From NCBI GenBank assembly GCA_043427975.1, contig JBHWTK010000026.1, forward strand, positions 915-64,914: a stretch of DNA of 64,000 bases. Direction: 5' to 3'. Below, one piece after another: positions 52,588 through 61,104 of this stretch (position 1 is the first letter of the stretch; the number at the start of each line of letters is the position of its first letter). This DNA is from Chloroflexia bacterium (GTDB taxonomy: Bacteria; Chloroflexota; Chloroflexia; Thermomicrobiales; UBA6265). Both the position numbers and the translations under genes were made by a program. The notes below the pieces were generated by a model that saw only the letters and a list, made by a program, of their open reading frames with translations, ran no database searches and was not told where the DNA came from.

Positions 52588-54393
52588 GTGAAAATCCTGC
52601 TACGTATTCTCACCTACCTCATGCCATACAAATGGCGGCTGGTGGTGGTGTACCTGGCGCTCTTTATTGGCATGGGTTTCCAGTTGCTCATTCCGATCAT
52701 GCTCCAGCGCGCCATTGACGACGGCATCCTTGACCGTGACCTGGGGTACCTTACCCGCGCCACCCTGCTGATTGTGCTCTTCGCCATCCTGCAGGGCATC
52801 TTCATGTATATCCGTACCTATGGCACCAACGCCCTGGCCGAACAGGTGGGAAACGACCTGCGTAACGAACTGTACGATTCGTTCCAGAGCCAGCCCTTTG
52901 CCTTTTACGACAAGGCCCAAAGCGGCCAGCTGATGAGCCGGGCCACCGAGGATATCAACAACATCCGCGGCATGCTCATGTTCGCGCTGCGTGCCATCGT
53001 GCAAACGATCGGTATCGTGTTCTTCGTCACCATTATCCTGGTCCGGTTCGACTGGCTGCTGGCGCTGGTGGCCCTGAGTACCGTGCCGCTAATGCTGCTG
53101 TGGAGCGCCAGTTTCTCCATGACCATCCGGCCAATGTTCCTGCGTGTGCAGCAACAGTTCGGTGTTATGACCAGCGCATTGCAGGAGAACGTGGCCGGTG
53201 GCCGCGTGGTGCGCTCTTTCGCCCAGGAAAAGGCCGAGAGCGATCGCTTTGAAGAAGAACTGGACGAGCTGTTTGTGCGCAATATGAAGGCGGCCAAACG
53301 CTTCAGCTTCAGTTTCCCGATGACCATTGCCGCCAATGGCCTGTCGATAGCCGGTGTGATCTGGGTGGGCGCCTGGATGGTGATGAACGGGCGTATCTCG
53401 CTCGGCACGCTGGTGGCGTTCGAACGCTATACCTCCATGCTGCAGGATCCCGTGCGCTGGCTCGGGTTTGTGGTGAACCGTATCGCCCGGGCCATTGCCA
53501 GCGGTGAGCGCATCTTTGAGATCCTCGATACCAGGCCATCGATCCGCAATGCGACCGGCGCAACCCCCATGGAACTGCGTGGCGAGGTGGAGTTCCACAA
53601 TGTGAGCTTCCGTTACCAGAAGCGTGGTGCCGAGGCGCTGAGCGACGTCAGCTTTGTCGCCAAACCAGACCAGATCACCGCGCTGGTTGGCCACACCGGA
53701 TCCGGCAAGAGCAGCGTGATCGGCCTGATCCCGCGGTTCTACGATGCCACCAGCGGCTCGGTGACCATTGATGGCCACGATGTGCGCGAGATCGAGCTCG
53801 ATTCGCTGCGGCGGCAGGTAGGGATCGTTATGCAGGACAGCTTCCTGTTCAGCATGACCATTCGCGAGAACATCGCCTATGGCCGGCCGAATGCAACGTT
53901 CGAGCAGGTGCAGGCGGCGGCCGTGGCCGCGCAGGCGCACGATTTCATCCTGAACCAGGAGAATGGCTACGATACCGTCATCGGCGAGCGTGGTGTCACC
54001 CTGAGCGGTGGCCAGAAACAGCGACTCTCCATCGCCCGCGCGCTCCTGATCGATCCCCGCATCCTCATCCTCGATGATGCCACGGCGAGTGTGGACAGCG
54101 AAACCGAACACGATATCCAGCAGGCACTGCGCACGCTCATGGCCGGGCGCACCAGCATCGTGATCGCCCAGCGACTCAGCACCGTGAAGGATGCCGACCA
54201 GATCCTGGTGTTCGAGAACGGCCGTATCACCCAGCGTGGCACCCACGAAAGCCTTGTTGCCGAGGCCGGTGGTTTCTATGCCGAGCTCTGGCAGTTGCAG
54301 CAACAGGATGCCGCCGATTTGGTGATAGATGTAGAACCGGACGATGACGATGCGCCGATTGAAACGGCATCTGTGGCAGCGGAGGGCGAATAA
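52588..54393 (+). CDS. ABC transporter permease/ATP-binding protein (type I exporter half-transporter)
   Basis: GTG start. 6-TM domain, Walker A GHTGSGKSS, signature LSGGQKQR, Walker B ILILDDATS. Confidence 0.93.
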   Translation: MKILLRILTYLMPYKWRLVVVYLALFIGMGFQLLIPIMLQRAIDDGILDRDLGYLTRATLLIVLFAILQGIFMYIRTYGTNALAEQVGNDLRNELYDSFQSQPFAFYDKAQSGQLMSRATEDINNIRGMLMFALRAIVQTIGIVFFVTIILVRFDWLLALVALSTVPLMLLWSASFSMTIRPMFLRVQQQFGVMTSALQENVAGGRVVRSFAQEKAESDRFEEELDELFVRNMKAAKRFSFSFPMTIAANGLSIAGVIWVGAWMVMNGRISLGTLVAFERYTSMLQDPVRWLGFVVNRIARAIASGERIFEILDTRPSIRNATGATPMELRGEVEFHNVSFRYQKRGAEALSDVSFVAKPDQITALVGHTGSGKSSVIGLIPRFYDATSGSVTIDGHDVREIELDSLRRQVGIVMQDSFLFSMTIRENIAYGRPNATFEQVQAAAVAAQAHDFILNQENGYDTVIGERGVTLSGGQKQRLSIARALLIDPRILILDDATASVDSETEHDIQQALRTLMAGRTSIVIAQRLSTVKDADQILVFENGRITQRGTHESLVAEAGGFYAELWQLQQQDAADLVIDVEPDDDDAPIETASVAAEGE

Positions 54394-56174
54394 TGGGCCA
54401 GATTCGTGTGGCACAAGACGATGAACTCCTCGGCAAGGCGTACGATGCCCGCATCGCGCGGCGGCTGGTCGGCTTCCTGCTGCCCTACCGGCGGACCCTG
54501 ATCGCCACCACCGCGCTGGTCATCGTCGGTACGCTGGCCGATCTGCTGCTGCCGTGGCTGTTCGCCCGCGCCATCGATGCGCTGGAACGCGACGAGGGCA
54601 TGCGCGTGATTAACATCATCGGTGCCACATTTGTGGTAACGGTGATTATCCGCTTCCTCAGTAACTGGGGGCAGTTCTATACCGCCCAATGGCTCGGTAA
54701 CCGGGTGGTGTTCGATATGCGGAACCGCATGTTCCGCCACCTGCAGAACCTGAGTATCAGCTACATCGACAAGCGCGGCGTCGGCGCGGTGATGACCCGC
54801 ATCCAGAACGACGTCGCCGTGATCCAGGAGCTATTCGGCGATACGGTGATCGGCATTATTAGCAACGTGCTGGTGCTGCTGGGCATTATCGTGATCATGC
54901 TCATCTCCAACTGGAAGATGGCGTTGCTCAGCTTTGCCGTGTTGCCGATCATGATCATCGTGATGCGCGTATGGCAGGGGTACGCCAAGGATGCGTACCG
55001 CAAAACCCGCCGCACCATCGGTATCGTGAACGCCAACCTCGCCGAGAGTATTGCCGGCATGCGCGTGGTGCAGAGCTTTGTGCGCGAGAAGGAGAACCGC
55101 CGCTACTTCCGTATCCTGAACGGCGATAACCTCGATGCCAGCCTGGAAGCCGCGCGCTACAGCAGCATGCTGTTCCCGACGGTGAACTTCCTCAGCGCCA
55201 CCGCCACCGCAGCGATTACCTATGTGGGCGGGCGGATGATCTTTGGCGAATCGCTCTCACTGGGCCAGCTGGTGCTGTTTATCGCCATGATCGACCGCTT
55301 CTTTGCCCCTATCCGCGAACTCAGCCAGCAGTACAGCACGCTCCAGAGCGCCATGGCCGCCGGCGAGCGCATCTTCGAGGTGCTGGACGTGGAGCCGGAA
55401 GTCAAGGATGCCCCCAACGCCAGCATCCTGCCGCCGGTGGTGGGCAAGGTGGATTACACGAATGTGCAGTTCGGGTACGGCAACAAGCAGATCCTGCACG
55501 ATATCAACCTGCATGTGAATCCGGGCGAGACGGTAGCGTTCGTGGGCGAGACCGGTGCAGGCAAGAGCAGCATGGTGAACCTGCTGATGCGCTTTGCCGA
55601 TGTGTGGGATGGCAGTATCACGATTGATGACATCGATGTCCGCAGCGTGACGCAGCAGAGTTTGCGCAGCCAGTTGGGGATTGTGCTGCAGGATACGTTC
55701 CTGTTCGGCAGCACCATTCGCGATAACATCGCCTACGCGCGGCCACATGCCACCCTGAAAGAGATCCAGCAGGCAGCGAAGGACGTTGGTGCGCACGAGT
55801 TCATCATGGCCCTGCCCGATGGCTACGATACCGAGGTACAGGAACGCGGCGTGAGCCTGAGCGTGGGGCAGCGGCAGCTGATCTCGTTTGCACGGGCGCT
55901 GTTGGCCGATCCGCGCATCCTGATCCTGGACGAGGCGACCAGCTCTATTGATACGCAAACCGAGAAGATGATCCAGGATGCCCTGAAGCGGCTGCTGGAA
56001 GGGCGCACGAGCTTTGTGATTGCGCACCGCCTGAGCACCATTCGCGAGGCCGACCGCGTGGTGGTGATGGACCAGGGCCGCATCATCGAAATGGGCACCC
56101 ACGAGGAACTCATGGCCGCCCGCGGCGCGTATTACAACCTCACCACCATGCAATCCACCGGCACTGCTGCGTAG
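54393..56174 (+). CDS. ABC transporter permease/ATP-binding protein (heterodimer partner)
   Basis: ATG overlaps the upstream stop (TAATG). Walker A GETGAGKSS, signature LSVGQRQL, Walker B ILILDEATS. Confidence 0.93.
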   Translation: MGQIRVAQDDELLGKAYDARIARRLVGFLLPYRRTLIATTALVIVGTLADLLLPWLFARAIDALERDEGMRVINIIGATFVVTVIIRFLSNWGQFYTAQWLGNRVVFDMRNRMFRHLQNLSISYIDKRGVGAVMTRIQNDVAVIQELFGDTVIGIISNVLVLLGIIVIMLISNWKMALLSFAVLPIMIIVMRVWQGYAKDAYRKTRRTIGIVNANLAESIAGMRVVQSFVREKENRRYFRILNGDNLDASLEAARYSSMLFPTVNFLSATATAAITYVGGRMIFGESLSLGQLVLFIAMIDRFFAPIRELSQQYSTLQSAMAAGERIFEVLDVEPEVKDAPNASILPPVVGKVDYTNVQFGYGNKQILHDINLHVNPGETVAFVGETGAGKSSMVNLLMRFADVWDGSITIDDIDVRSVTQQSLRSQLGIVLQDTFLFGSTIRDNIAYARPHATLKEIQQAAKDVGAHEFIMALPDGYDTEVQERGVSLSVGQRQLISFARALLADPRILILDEATSSIDTQTEKMIQDALKRLLEGRTSFVIAHRLSTIREADRVVVMDQGRIIEMGTHEELMAARGAYYNLTTMQSTGTAA

Positions 56175-56199
56175 CGACATTTACCGAACGCGGGTCGTA

Positions 56200-56222
56200 C
56201 GCCCGGGGTTAATCCCCGGGCG
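56200..56222. repeat. GC hairpin repeat (CGCCCGGGG family), copy 1
   Basis: CGCCCGGGG-TTAAT-CCCCGGGCG, preceded by GTA. A related copy lies at 56458-56483. Confidence 0.6.
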
Positions 56223-56268
56223 CTGCGCAAAAAAAGCGTGTTCGTGCCTGGCCGGATTCGCTTCGACT

Positions 56269-56430
56269 GTAGACCCGTCCTGACCGCGAAGCGGTCATGG
56301 GGCGGGTTTCCCTCCGCAAGACGCGTATTTGGCCACCATCCCGCCTGGTGCCCGCCCGATTCGCCGGGGCTCGCTCCGCTACTCGTGCTTCGCACTCGGC
56401 CGCCTTCGGCGCGGCGAAGGACGGGCCTAC
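56269..56430. repeat. REPIN-like doublet (GTAGACCCGTCC head ... GGACGGGCCTAC tail)
   Basis: Begins with GTAGACCCGTCCTGACCGCGAAGCGGTCATGGGGCGGGT, a nested 8+7-bp hairpin. Ends with the inverted GTAGGCCCGTCCTTCGC-type REP. Confidence 0.8.
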
Positions 56431-56457
56431 ATTTTCACGGCGATCGGAATGATTCGT

Positions 56458-56501
56458 GCGCCCGGGGGATGAACCCCGGGCGCATCCCCAGGAATCCCTA
56501 C
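56458..56501. repeat. REP (reverse orientation), GTAGGGATTCC...GCGCCCGGGG hairpin
   Basis: The reverse complement reads GTAGGGATTCCTGGGGATGCGCCCGGGGTTCATCCCCCGGGCGC. Confidence 0.6.
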
Positions 56502-56556
56502 GCAGGGGCTGCCAAGCAGCGCTTCGCGCGGGGATTCCGGACTGATAGACGCGCAT

Positions 56557-56650
56557 GTAGACCCGTCCTGACCGCGAAGCGGTCATGGGGCGGGTTTCCC
56601 TCAACCAGGCACGCATCCCGCCATCACGCCGGATGGTGCCCGCCCGATTC
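56557..56650. repeat. 94-bp direct repeat of 56269-56362
   Basis: The first 46 nt (56557-56602) are identical to 56269-56314, and the last 16 nt GGTGCCCGCCCGATTC are identical. The middle 32 nt have diverged. Confidence 0.85.
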
Positions 56651-56704
56651 CTCTGCGGCGGCATAGGGCCCGAATACCCTGATTTCGAACCAGAACAACA
56701 ATTC

Positions 56705-56718
56705 CGAACGAATGTTTG
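56705..56718. promoter_or_regulatory. LexA (Cheo/SOS) box, one mismatch
   Basis: CGAACGAATGTTTG versus the consensus CGAAC-N4-GTTCG. Confidence 0.45.
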
Positions 56719-56737
56719 GAATTGTGCCCGTACACCC

Positions 56738-56766
56738 TTGACAACGTGTCACCGGCATGCGAACAT
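56738..56766 (+). promoter_or_regulatory. Promoter overlapped by the perfect LexA box
   Basis: TTGACA (56738-43), 17-nt spacer, GAACAT (56761-66), about 100 nt upstream of ATG 56867. Confidence 0.5.
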
Positions 56767-56773
56767 GTGTTCG
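56760..56773. promoter_or_regulatory. LexA (Cheo/SOS) box, perfect match
   Basis: CGAACATGTGTTCG equals CGAAC-N4-GTTCG and covers the putative -10 element. Confidence 0.6.
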
Positions 56774-56866
56774 TACACCCCGATGGGACTGATCCGGAAC
56801 ATCCCGAACAGGGGCCCTCACCTGACGTATGAACGAGCCGGCGATCCGGCAGAAGGACGTATTGAT

Positions 56867-57106
56867 ATGACAACCCTGCTGCTGAACACCTTCCTGGTGC
56901 TGATCACGATCCTCTTTGCCGCCATGGCGCTCTACCCGCTCTTCCTGGGCGGCCCGGATACCGACCTCCAGGCCGAACCGTTCGGCGAGGATCACGTTAT
57001 CAGCGTGGTGCCGGTAGGCCTGGATTCGCGGCGACCGACCCCGATTGGCCCGGCGCCTGCAGGCGAATCGCGCGATGAGCATCCGGGGCACCAGCCGGCT
57101 GCATAA
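56867..57106 (+). CDS. Small single-pass membrane protein (79 aa)
   Basis: ATG 56867 after GAAGGA. N-terminal TM helix LLLNTFLVLITILFAAMALYPLFL, then an acidic/Pro-rich tail. First ORF downstream of the LexA-box promoter. Confidence 0.45.
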   Translation: MTTLLLNTFLVLITILFAAMALYPLFLGGPDTDLQAEPFGEDHVISVVPVGLDSRRPTPIGPAPAGESRDEHPGHQPAA

Positions 57107-57114
57107 CCAGCACG

Positions 57115-57140
57115 GGCCTCTCCAGTTTGGAGGGGCCTTT
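57115..57140 (+). terminator. Hairpin between the small ORF and mmcQ-like gene (terminator or RBS-sequestering)
   Basis: GGCCTCTCC-AGTTT-GGAGGGGCC followed by TTTGC. The 3' arm contains the GGAGG RBS of the next gene (ATG 57143). Confidence 0.5.
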
Positions 57141-57142
57141 GC

Positions 57143-57535
57143 ATGTCATGGAGGAATGATATGGACTACAGCTGGGTCGACGACGTGGTTAAAGCCATGC
57201 CGGGAACAACTGTTACCCCTAAACCCGAGTGGGACTCCATGCTCTACCACTTGCAGGGGAAATCGATGGGTATGCGCGGCGGGTACAAGGATGGCCGCCC
57301 GATCCTGACGATCAAGCTGCCACCCGACCAGGGCGAGATGCTGCGGGAAACGCACGACTCCATCATCCCCGGGTACTACAGCAACAAAACGCACTACAAC
57401 TCGGTTTTCCTCGATGCCGGGTTACCGCGCGAGTTCATCATGGAACTGCTGGAAGATGCATGGAATTGCGTGTTCGCGTCCCTGCCGAAGAAGGTGCAGG
57501 CGACATTGAGGGCCGAAACGCCGGATCGATCGTGA
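57143..57535 (+). CDS. MmcQ/YjbR family DNA-binding protein
   Basis: 130 aa. ...MLYHLQGKSMGMRGGYKDGRPILTIKLPPDQGEMLRE...IIPGYYSNKTHYNSV... matches the YjbR/CyaY-like fold family. Confidence 0.78.
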   Translation: MSWRNDMDYSWVDDVVKAMPGTTVTPKPEWDSMLYHLQGKSMGMRGGYKDGRPILTIKLPPDQGEMLRETHDSIIPGYYSNKTHYNSVFLDAGLPREFIMELLEDAWNCVFASLPKKVQATLRAETPDRS

Positions 57536-57560
57536 TCTGGACGATGGTGTTCTCCCGATC

Positions 57561-57585
57561 GTAGCCCCGGGCCCTGTGCCCGGGA
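57561..57585. repeat. Solo REP (GTAGCC-hairpin family)
   Basis: GTAGCCCCGGGCCCTGTGCCCGGGA: GTAG followed by a 7-bp GC hairpin. Related to the ends of the 30208-30350 element. Confidence 0.6.
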
Positions 57586-57641
57586 TGGAGAAGGGATCCA
57601 GTCGTGCCGGATGCGGCCGTACCGTGGTCACCTAGCGGCGC

Positions 57642-57833
57642 ACCTGTATGTGTGCCCCGGGTCCGTTTGAGGCGGACACATAGGTCCGCCACTACAGACC
57701 AGCTCCGGAGCCTACCTGTGTGCGCCCTGATCCTGCACCTGGCGGACACGTAGGTCCGCCACTACGGACCAGCTCCGGAGCCCACCTGTGTGCCTCGAAC
57801 CGGCACCCGGCGGACACATAGGTCCGCCACTAC
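57642..57833. repeat. ~69-bp tandem repeat x2.8, each unit carrying a GTAG-hairpin REP on the minus strand
   Basis: GGCGGACAC(A/G)TAGGTCCGCCACTAC at 57671-95, 57741-65 and 57809-33. The reverse complement is GTAGTGGCGGACCTATGTGTCCGCC. The flanking ACCTGTGTGC also repeats. Confidence 0.85.
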
Positions 57834-57857
57834 GGGTCCACCCAACCTTGCCCCAAA

Positions 57858-57893
57858 TGACACGAGGCGGACCCATCGGTCCGCCTCGTGTCA
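57858..57893 (-). terminator. Terminator of the LLM oxidoreductase gene
   Basis: TGACACGAGGCGGACC-CATC-GGTCCGCCTCGTGTCA, 16-bp perfect stem, followed on the minus strand by TTTGGGG. It shares the GGCGGACC core with the adjacent tandem repeat. Confidence 0.7.
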
Positions 57894-57915
57894 TGTGTTG
57901 CACCGGTTCCGGGTG

Positions 57916-58884
57916 TTATCCCATCTTCGCGATGACTTCTTCCTCGTACCGCTTCATCGGCTCCATATCGTATGCAAGGCCAGGGATGTAATTGATGACG
58001 TAATCAATACCATCCGCCTGCATCTTCTGGATCTTCTCGATGATCTGGTCCGGCTCCATTGGCTGGCCAAAGTACTTGAAGTCTTCCAGGCTGATATCGC
58101 CGTAGTGCTTGCGCACGGTCTCCGTGGCCTGCATCGGATCGGCGCCCGGGGCGATGGGGTAGACCGTGAGCGAACTGGACTTGGTGATCTCGTCGTAGTT
58201 CCGACCCACCTTGTCGCAATGGCCCTTCAGGATCTCCAGCTTCTCGGCGGCCACATCGGCCCCCACGTTGCAGGCATCTCCGTACTGCGCCACCAGCTTC
58301 AGGGTCACCTGCGGGCCACCGCCACCGATCCACAGCGGAATCTTGTAGCCGGGCTTGTGGCTCTTTGGCTCATTGATGGGCGAGTCGATGGTGTAGTACT
58401 TGCCCTCGAAGGTCGGCTTGTCCTCAGTCCACATCTTGTGGATGATCTCGGTCGCCTCGCGGAACATGGCCATGCGTTCCTTGGTTTCCGGGAACCCGTA
58501 GCCGTAGGCGCGCCACTCATGCTCGTACCAGCCGGCACCGAACCCGGCATAGAGGCGGCCCTTGGAGGCCACATCCACGGTGCTGGCGATCTTGGCGAAC
58601 AGGCTCGGCTGGCGATAGCCGTTGCAGTTCACCATCTGGCCAACGTTCACGCGCTGGGTATCGCGTACCAGGGTGGCGCTGATGGTCCAGCTCTCAAAGG
58701 TCGTGTTCATCGTCGGCTCGGGCACGGTGTGGAAGTGGTCGTAGACCCAGATTGAGTCCCACGGACCCTTGTCCGCTTCCTTCGCGACGTTGGTCATTGC
58801 CTCGAACTGTTCAACGGGATCCTGGATATCCGTAAGGTCCATCCGCCATCCCTGGGGGACAAACACACCATATTCCATGGCCAT
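57916..58884 (-). CDS. LLM-class (luciferase-like) F420-dependent oxidoreductase, Rv1855c-like
   Basis: ATG 58884 after GAGAGG gives MAMEYGVFVPQGWRMDL..., the typical N-terminus of this family. 322 aa TIM barrel. Confidence 0.88.
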   Translation of the reverse strand: MAMEYGVFVPQGWRMDLTDIQDPVEQFEAMTNVAKEADKGPWDSIWVYDHFHTVPEPTMNTTFESWTISATLVRDTQRVNVGQMVNCNGYRQPSLFAKIASTVDVASKGRLYAGFGAGWYEHEWRAYGYGFPETKERMAMFREATEIIHKMWTEDKPTFEGKYYTIDSPINEPKSHKPGYKIPLWIGGGGPQVTLKLVAQYGDACNVGADVAAEKLEILKGHCDKVGRNYDEITKSSSLTVYPIAPGADPMQATETVRKHYGDISLEDFKYFGQPMEPDQIIEKIQKMQADGIDYVINYIPGLAYDMEPMKRYEEEVIAKMG

Positions 58885-59145
58885 CTGAATATATCCTCTC
58901 TCGCAGCCTGGACCTGATGTCCTTCGGCCACATCTCTTCCAACAGGTCCGTATGTACCTGCCACTGCTAATTCTATGGCGCAATTTGTGTACCGGGAATA
59001 TGAATCCGCTCCGAGATAGTGCACGTTCGTACAGGTAACATCTGCTGTAGTGCTTCCGCTATAATTGCGAACAACCTCCGGGAGATCGGCAATCCCCGTA
59101 CGTTGGTTCTCTTCTTCCCAATTTGTTGCCCAACCAACAGGACGT

Positions 59146-61092
59146 ATGACCCGCACGCCTCGAAACGCCACACCGCCCCGAACACATAATTCGGAACCCG
59201 TTGTGCCCGAACAGGAGCATGACCGTTTGGCGTACCTTGAGGAAGGCCCGATCTACACCCCGCCGAAACCAAAGCGGTTCACCCGCACTGCGAGCCGTCG
59301 TAGCCTGGTAACTGCGGCCGTGGGCCTGATTGGAGCTACCGCCTGGTTCGGCGTACCCCTGAACACCGAGGGCGCGTTCTTCCCGGGCACGCACGTACAC
59401 GACCTGAATATTGCCGAGCTGAACCGCCCCCAGGCGCTGGCGCTGATGAAGCAGCATTTCGCTGATTTCGAGAACACGGCGGTGGATTTCACGTTTGAGC
59501 AGCAGGTGTGGAACGCCAGCCTCGCTCAGCTTGGGTTCGCTATCGATTACGAAACCACCCTGAATAACGCCTGGATGCACGGGCGCGACAGCAGCCAGTT
59601 GGAGCAGTTCGCCAGTGTGATGATCTCGCCCGACGAGCAATCGTTTCCGGTGATTTTTACCAGCAACGAGGAGCAACTCCACGCCTACCTGGAGGATATC
59701 GGTAGCCAGATCGTCGGCGCTGCCCGCGATGCCGTGCTGTACCTGGATGGCGATATGGTGCGGATCCAGCCGAACGAGGATGGCCGCGCACTTGATGTCG
59801 TAGCGGCGGCCGAGGCCACCCGCAAGGTAGTGGTCACCGCAACCCGCAGCCGGGTGATGCTCACCGCGAAGCCGGTGATCAGCCAGATCACCGCCGAAAC
59901 ACTGGAGCCGAAGCGGGCTCTCGCCCAAACCATGATCAGCGGGCCGATCCGCATTGGAACCGGCGATGATACATGGACCATTTCGCAATCCACGCTGCGC
60001 CAGGCGCTGGTGTTGCCAGAGCTGGGTGTTCTGGCCGACCCGGGCCTGAACGAGACCGTGATCAGCCATGCACTGGCCGAGATGGCGGTGGCGGTGAAGA
60101 CATCCCCTTCCGATGCGGTTCTCGGCTGGGACCAGCAACTGGTCGTGGTAACCCCGGATGTGAAGGGGCGGGAACTGGACATCGAGGGCACCGTGCAGGC
60201 GATTGTCGCTGCCGCGAAAACCCTCGACCAGCGCACGATCAACGCGGTGTTCACGGAGGTGTTGGCCGAGGTGCGCGCCGATAACCTCGATTCGCTGGGA
60301 ATCACCCACCTGCTGGCCACCGGGGATTCCAACTTCGATGGTTCGTCGTGGGAGCGTGCCGAGAACGTGCGCGTATCGGCTGAGCACCTGAACCACACGC
60401 TGGTGAAACCGGGCGAAACGTACAGCTTCAACAAGTCGATTGGCCCGATTACCGTGGAAAACGGGTTTGTTCAGGGCAAGATTATTCGTGGCAGCCGTAT
60501 TGTGGAAGATATCGGCGGTGGTGCCTGCCAGGCCAGCACCACGGTGTTCCGGGCGGCGCTGAAGGCCGGCTTCCCGATCGACCACGAGTACCACACCTAT
60601 CGCCTCGCCATGTACGAGCACGATGGCTGGCCGCCGGGAATCGACGCGGCCATTTTCCAGCCGGACGACCCAAATGACTGGGAACTGGACCTGTTCTTCA
60701 CCAATACAACCGAGAACTGGATCCTGGTGGAGTTCTACACCGAGGGTGTGCACGCTTACTGCAACATCTATGGCACCCCGCAGAACTGGGACGTCAGCGT
60801 GAGCGTGCCCTACATCAGCGAGCCGAAGAAGCCTGAGCCGCCGATCGAGACCGAGGACCCCAAGCTGGCCAAGGATGAACGCGTGCAGGTCGGCTGGGCT
60901 ACCGATGGCTACGATGTGCAGGCCGTGCGCACCATTACCCGCAATGGCGAAGTGGTGCAGTTCGACGATATGCCGAATCCGTGGGAGTTCTGGAGCTTCT
61001 TCAAGCCCCAGCGCGATGAGTTCCTCATCGGTCCCGGCACCAAACGCCAGTTCGGCACGAACACCACCCCAACCCCGTCCCCGGAAGGGTAG
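59146..61092 (+). CDS. VanW family protein with N-terminal TM anchor and PG-binding-like repeats
   Basis: VanW core YSFNKSIGPITVENGFVQGKII...GGGACQASTTVFRAALKAGFPI. ATG 59146 (MTRTPRN) lies within the longer track ORF. Confidence 0.87.
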   Translation: MTRTPRNATPPRTHNSEPVVPEQEHDRLAYLEEGPIYTPPKPKRFTRTASRRSLVTAAVGLIGATAWFGVPLNTEGAFFPGTHVHDLNIAELNRPQALALMKQHFADFENTAVDFTFEQQVWNASLAQLGFAIDYETTLNNAWMHGRDSSQLEQFASVMISPDEQSFPVIFTSNEEQLHAYLEDIGSQIVGAARDAVLYLDGDMVRIQPNEDGRALDVVAAAEATRKVVVTATRSRVMLTAKPVISQITAETLEPKRALAQTMISGPIRIGTGDDTWTISQSTLRQALVLPELGVLADPGLNETVISHALAEMAVAVKTSPSDAVLGWDQQLVVVTPDVKGRELDIEGTVQAIVAAAKTLDQRTINAVFTEVLAEVRADNLDSLGITHLLATGDSNFDGSSWERAENVRVSAEHLNHTLVKPGETYSFNKSIGPITVENGFVQGKIIRGSRIVEDIGGGACQASTTVFRAALKAGFPIDHEYHTYRLAMYEHDGWPPGIDAAIFQPDDPNDWELDLFFTNTTENWILVEFYTEGVHAYCNIYGTPQNWDVSVSVPYISEPKKPEPPIETEDPKLAKDERVQVGWATDGYDVQAVRTITRNGEVVQFDDMPNPWEFWSFFKPQRDEFLIGPGTKRQFGTNTTPTPSPEG

Positions 61093-61104
61093 CGGAGAAA
61101 TATC

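Noticed and set aside
56209-56666. ORFs of 142 and 151 aa spanning the REP cluster, with the repeated peptide RPVLTAKRSWGGFPS.
   Set aside because: The internal peptide repeats simply mirror the 46-nt DNA repeats. There is no RBS, and the region is typical of non-coding hairpin arrays.
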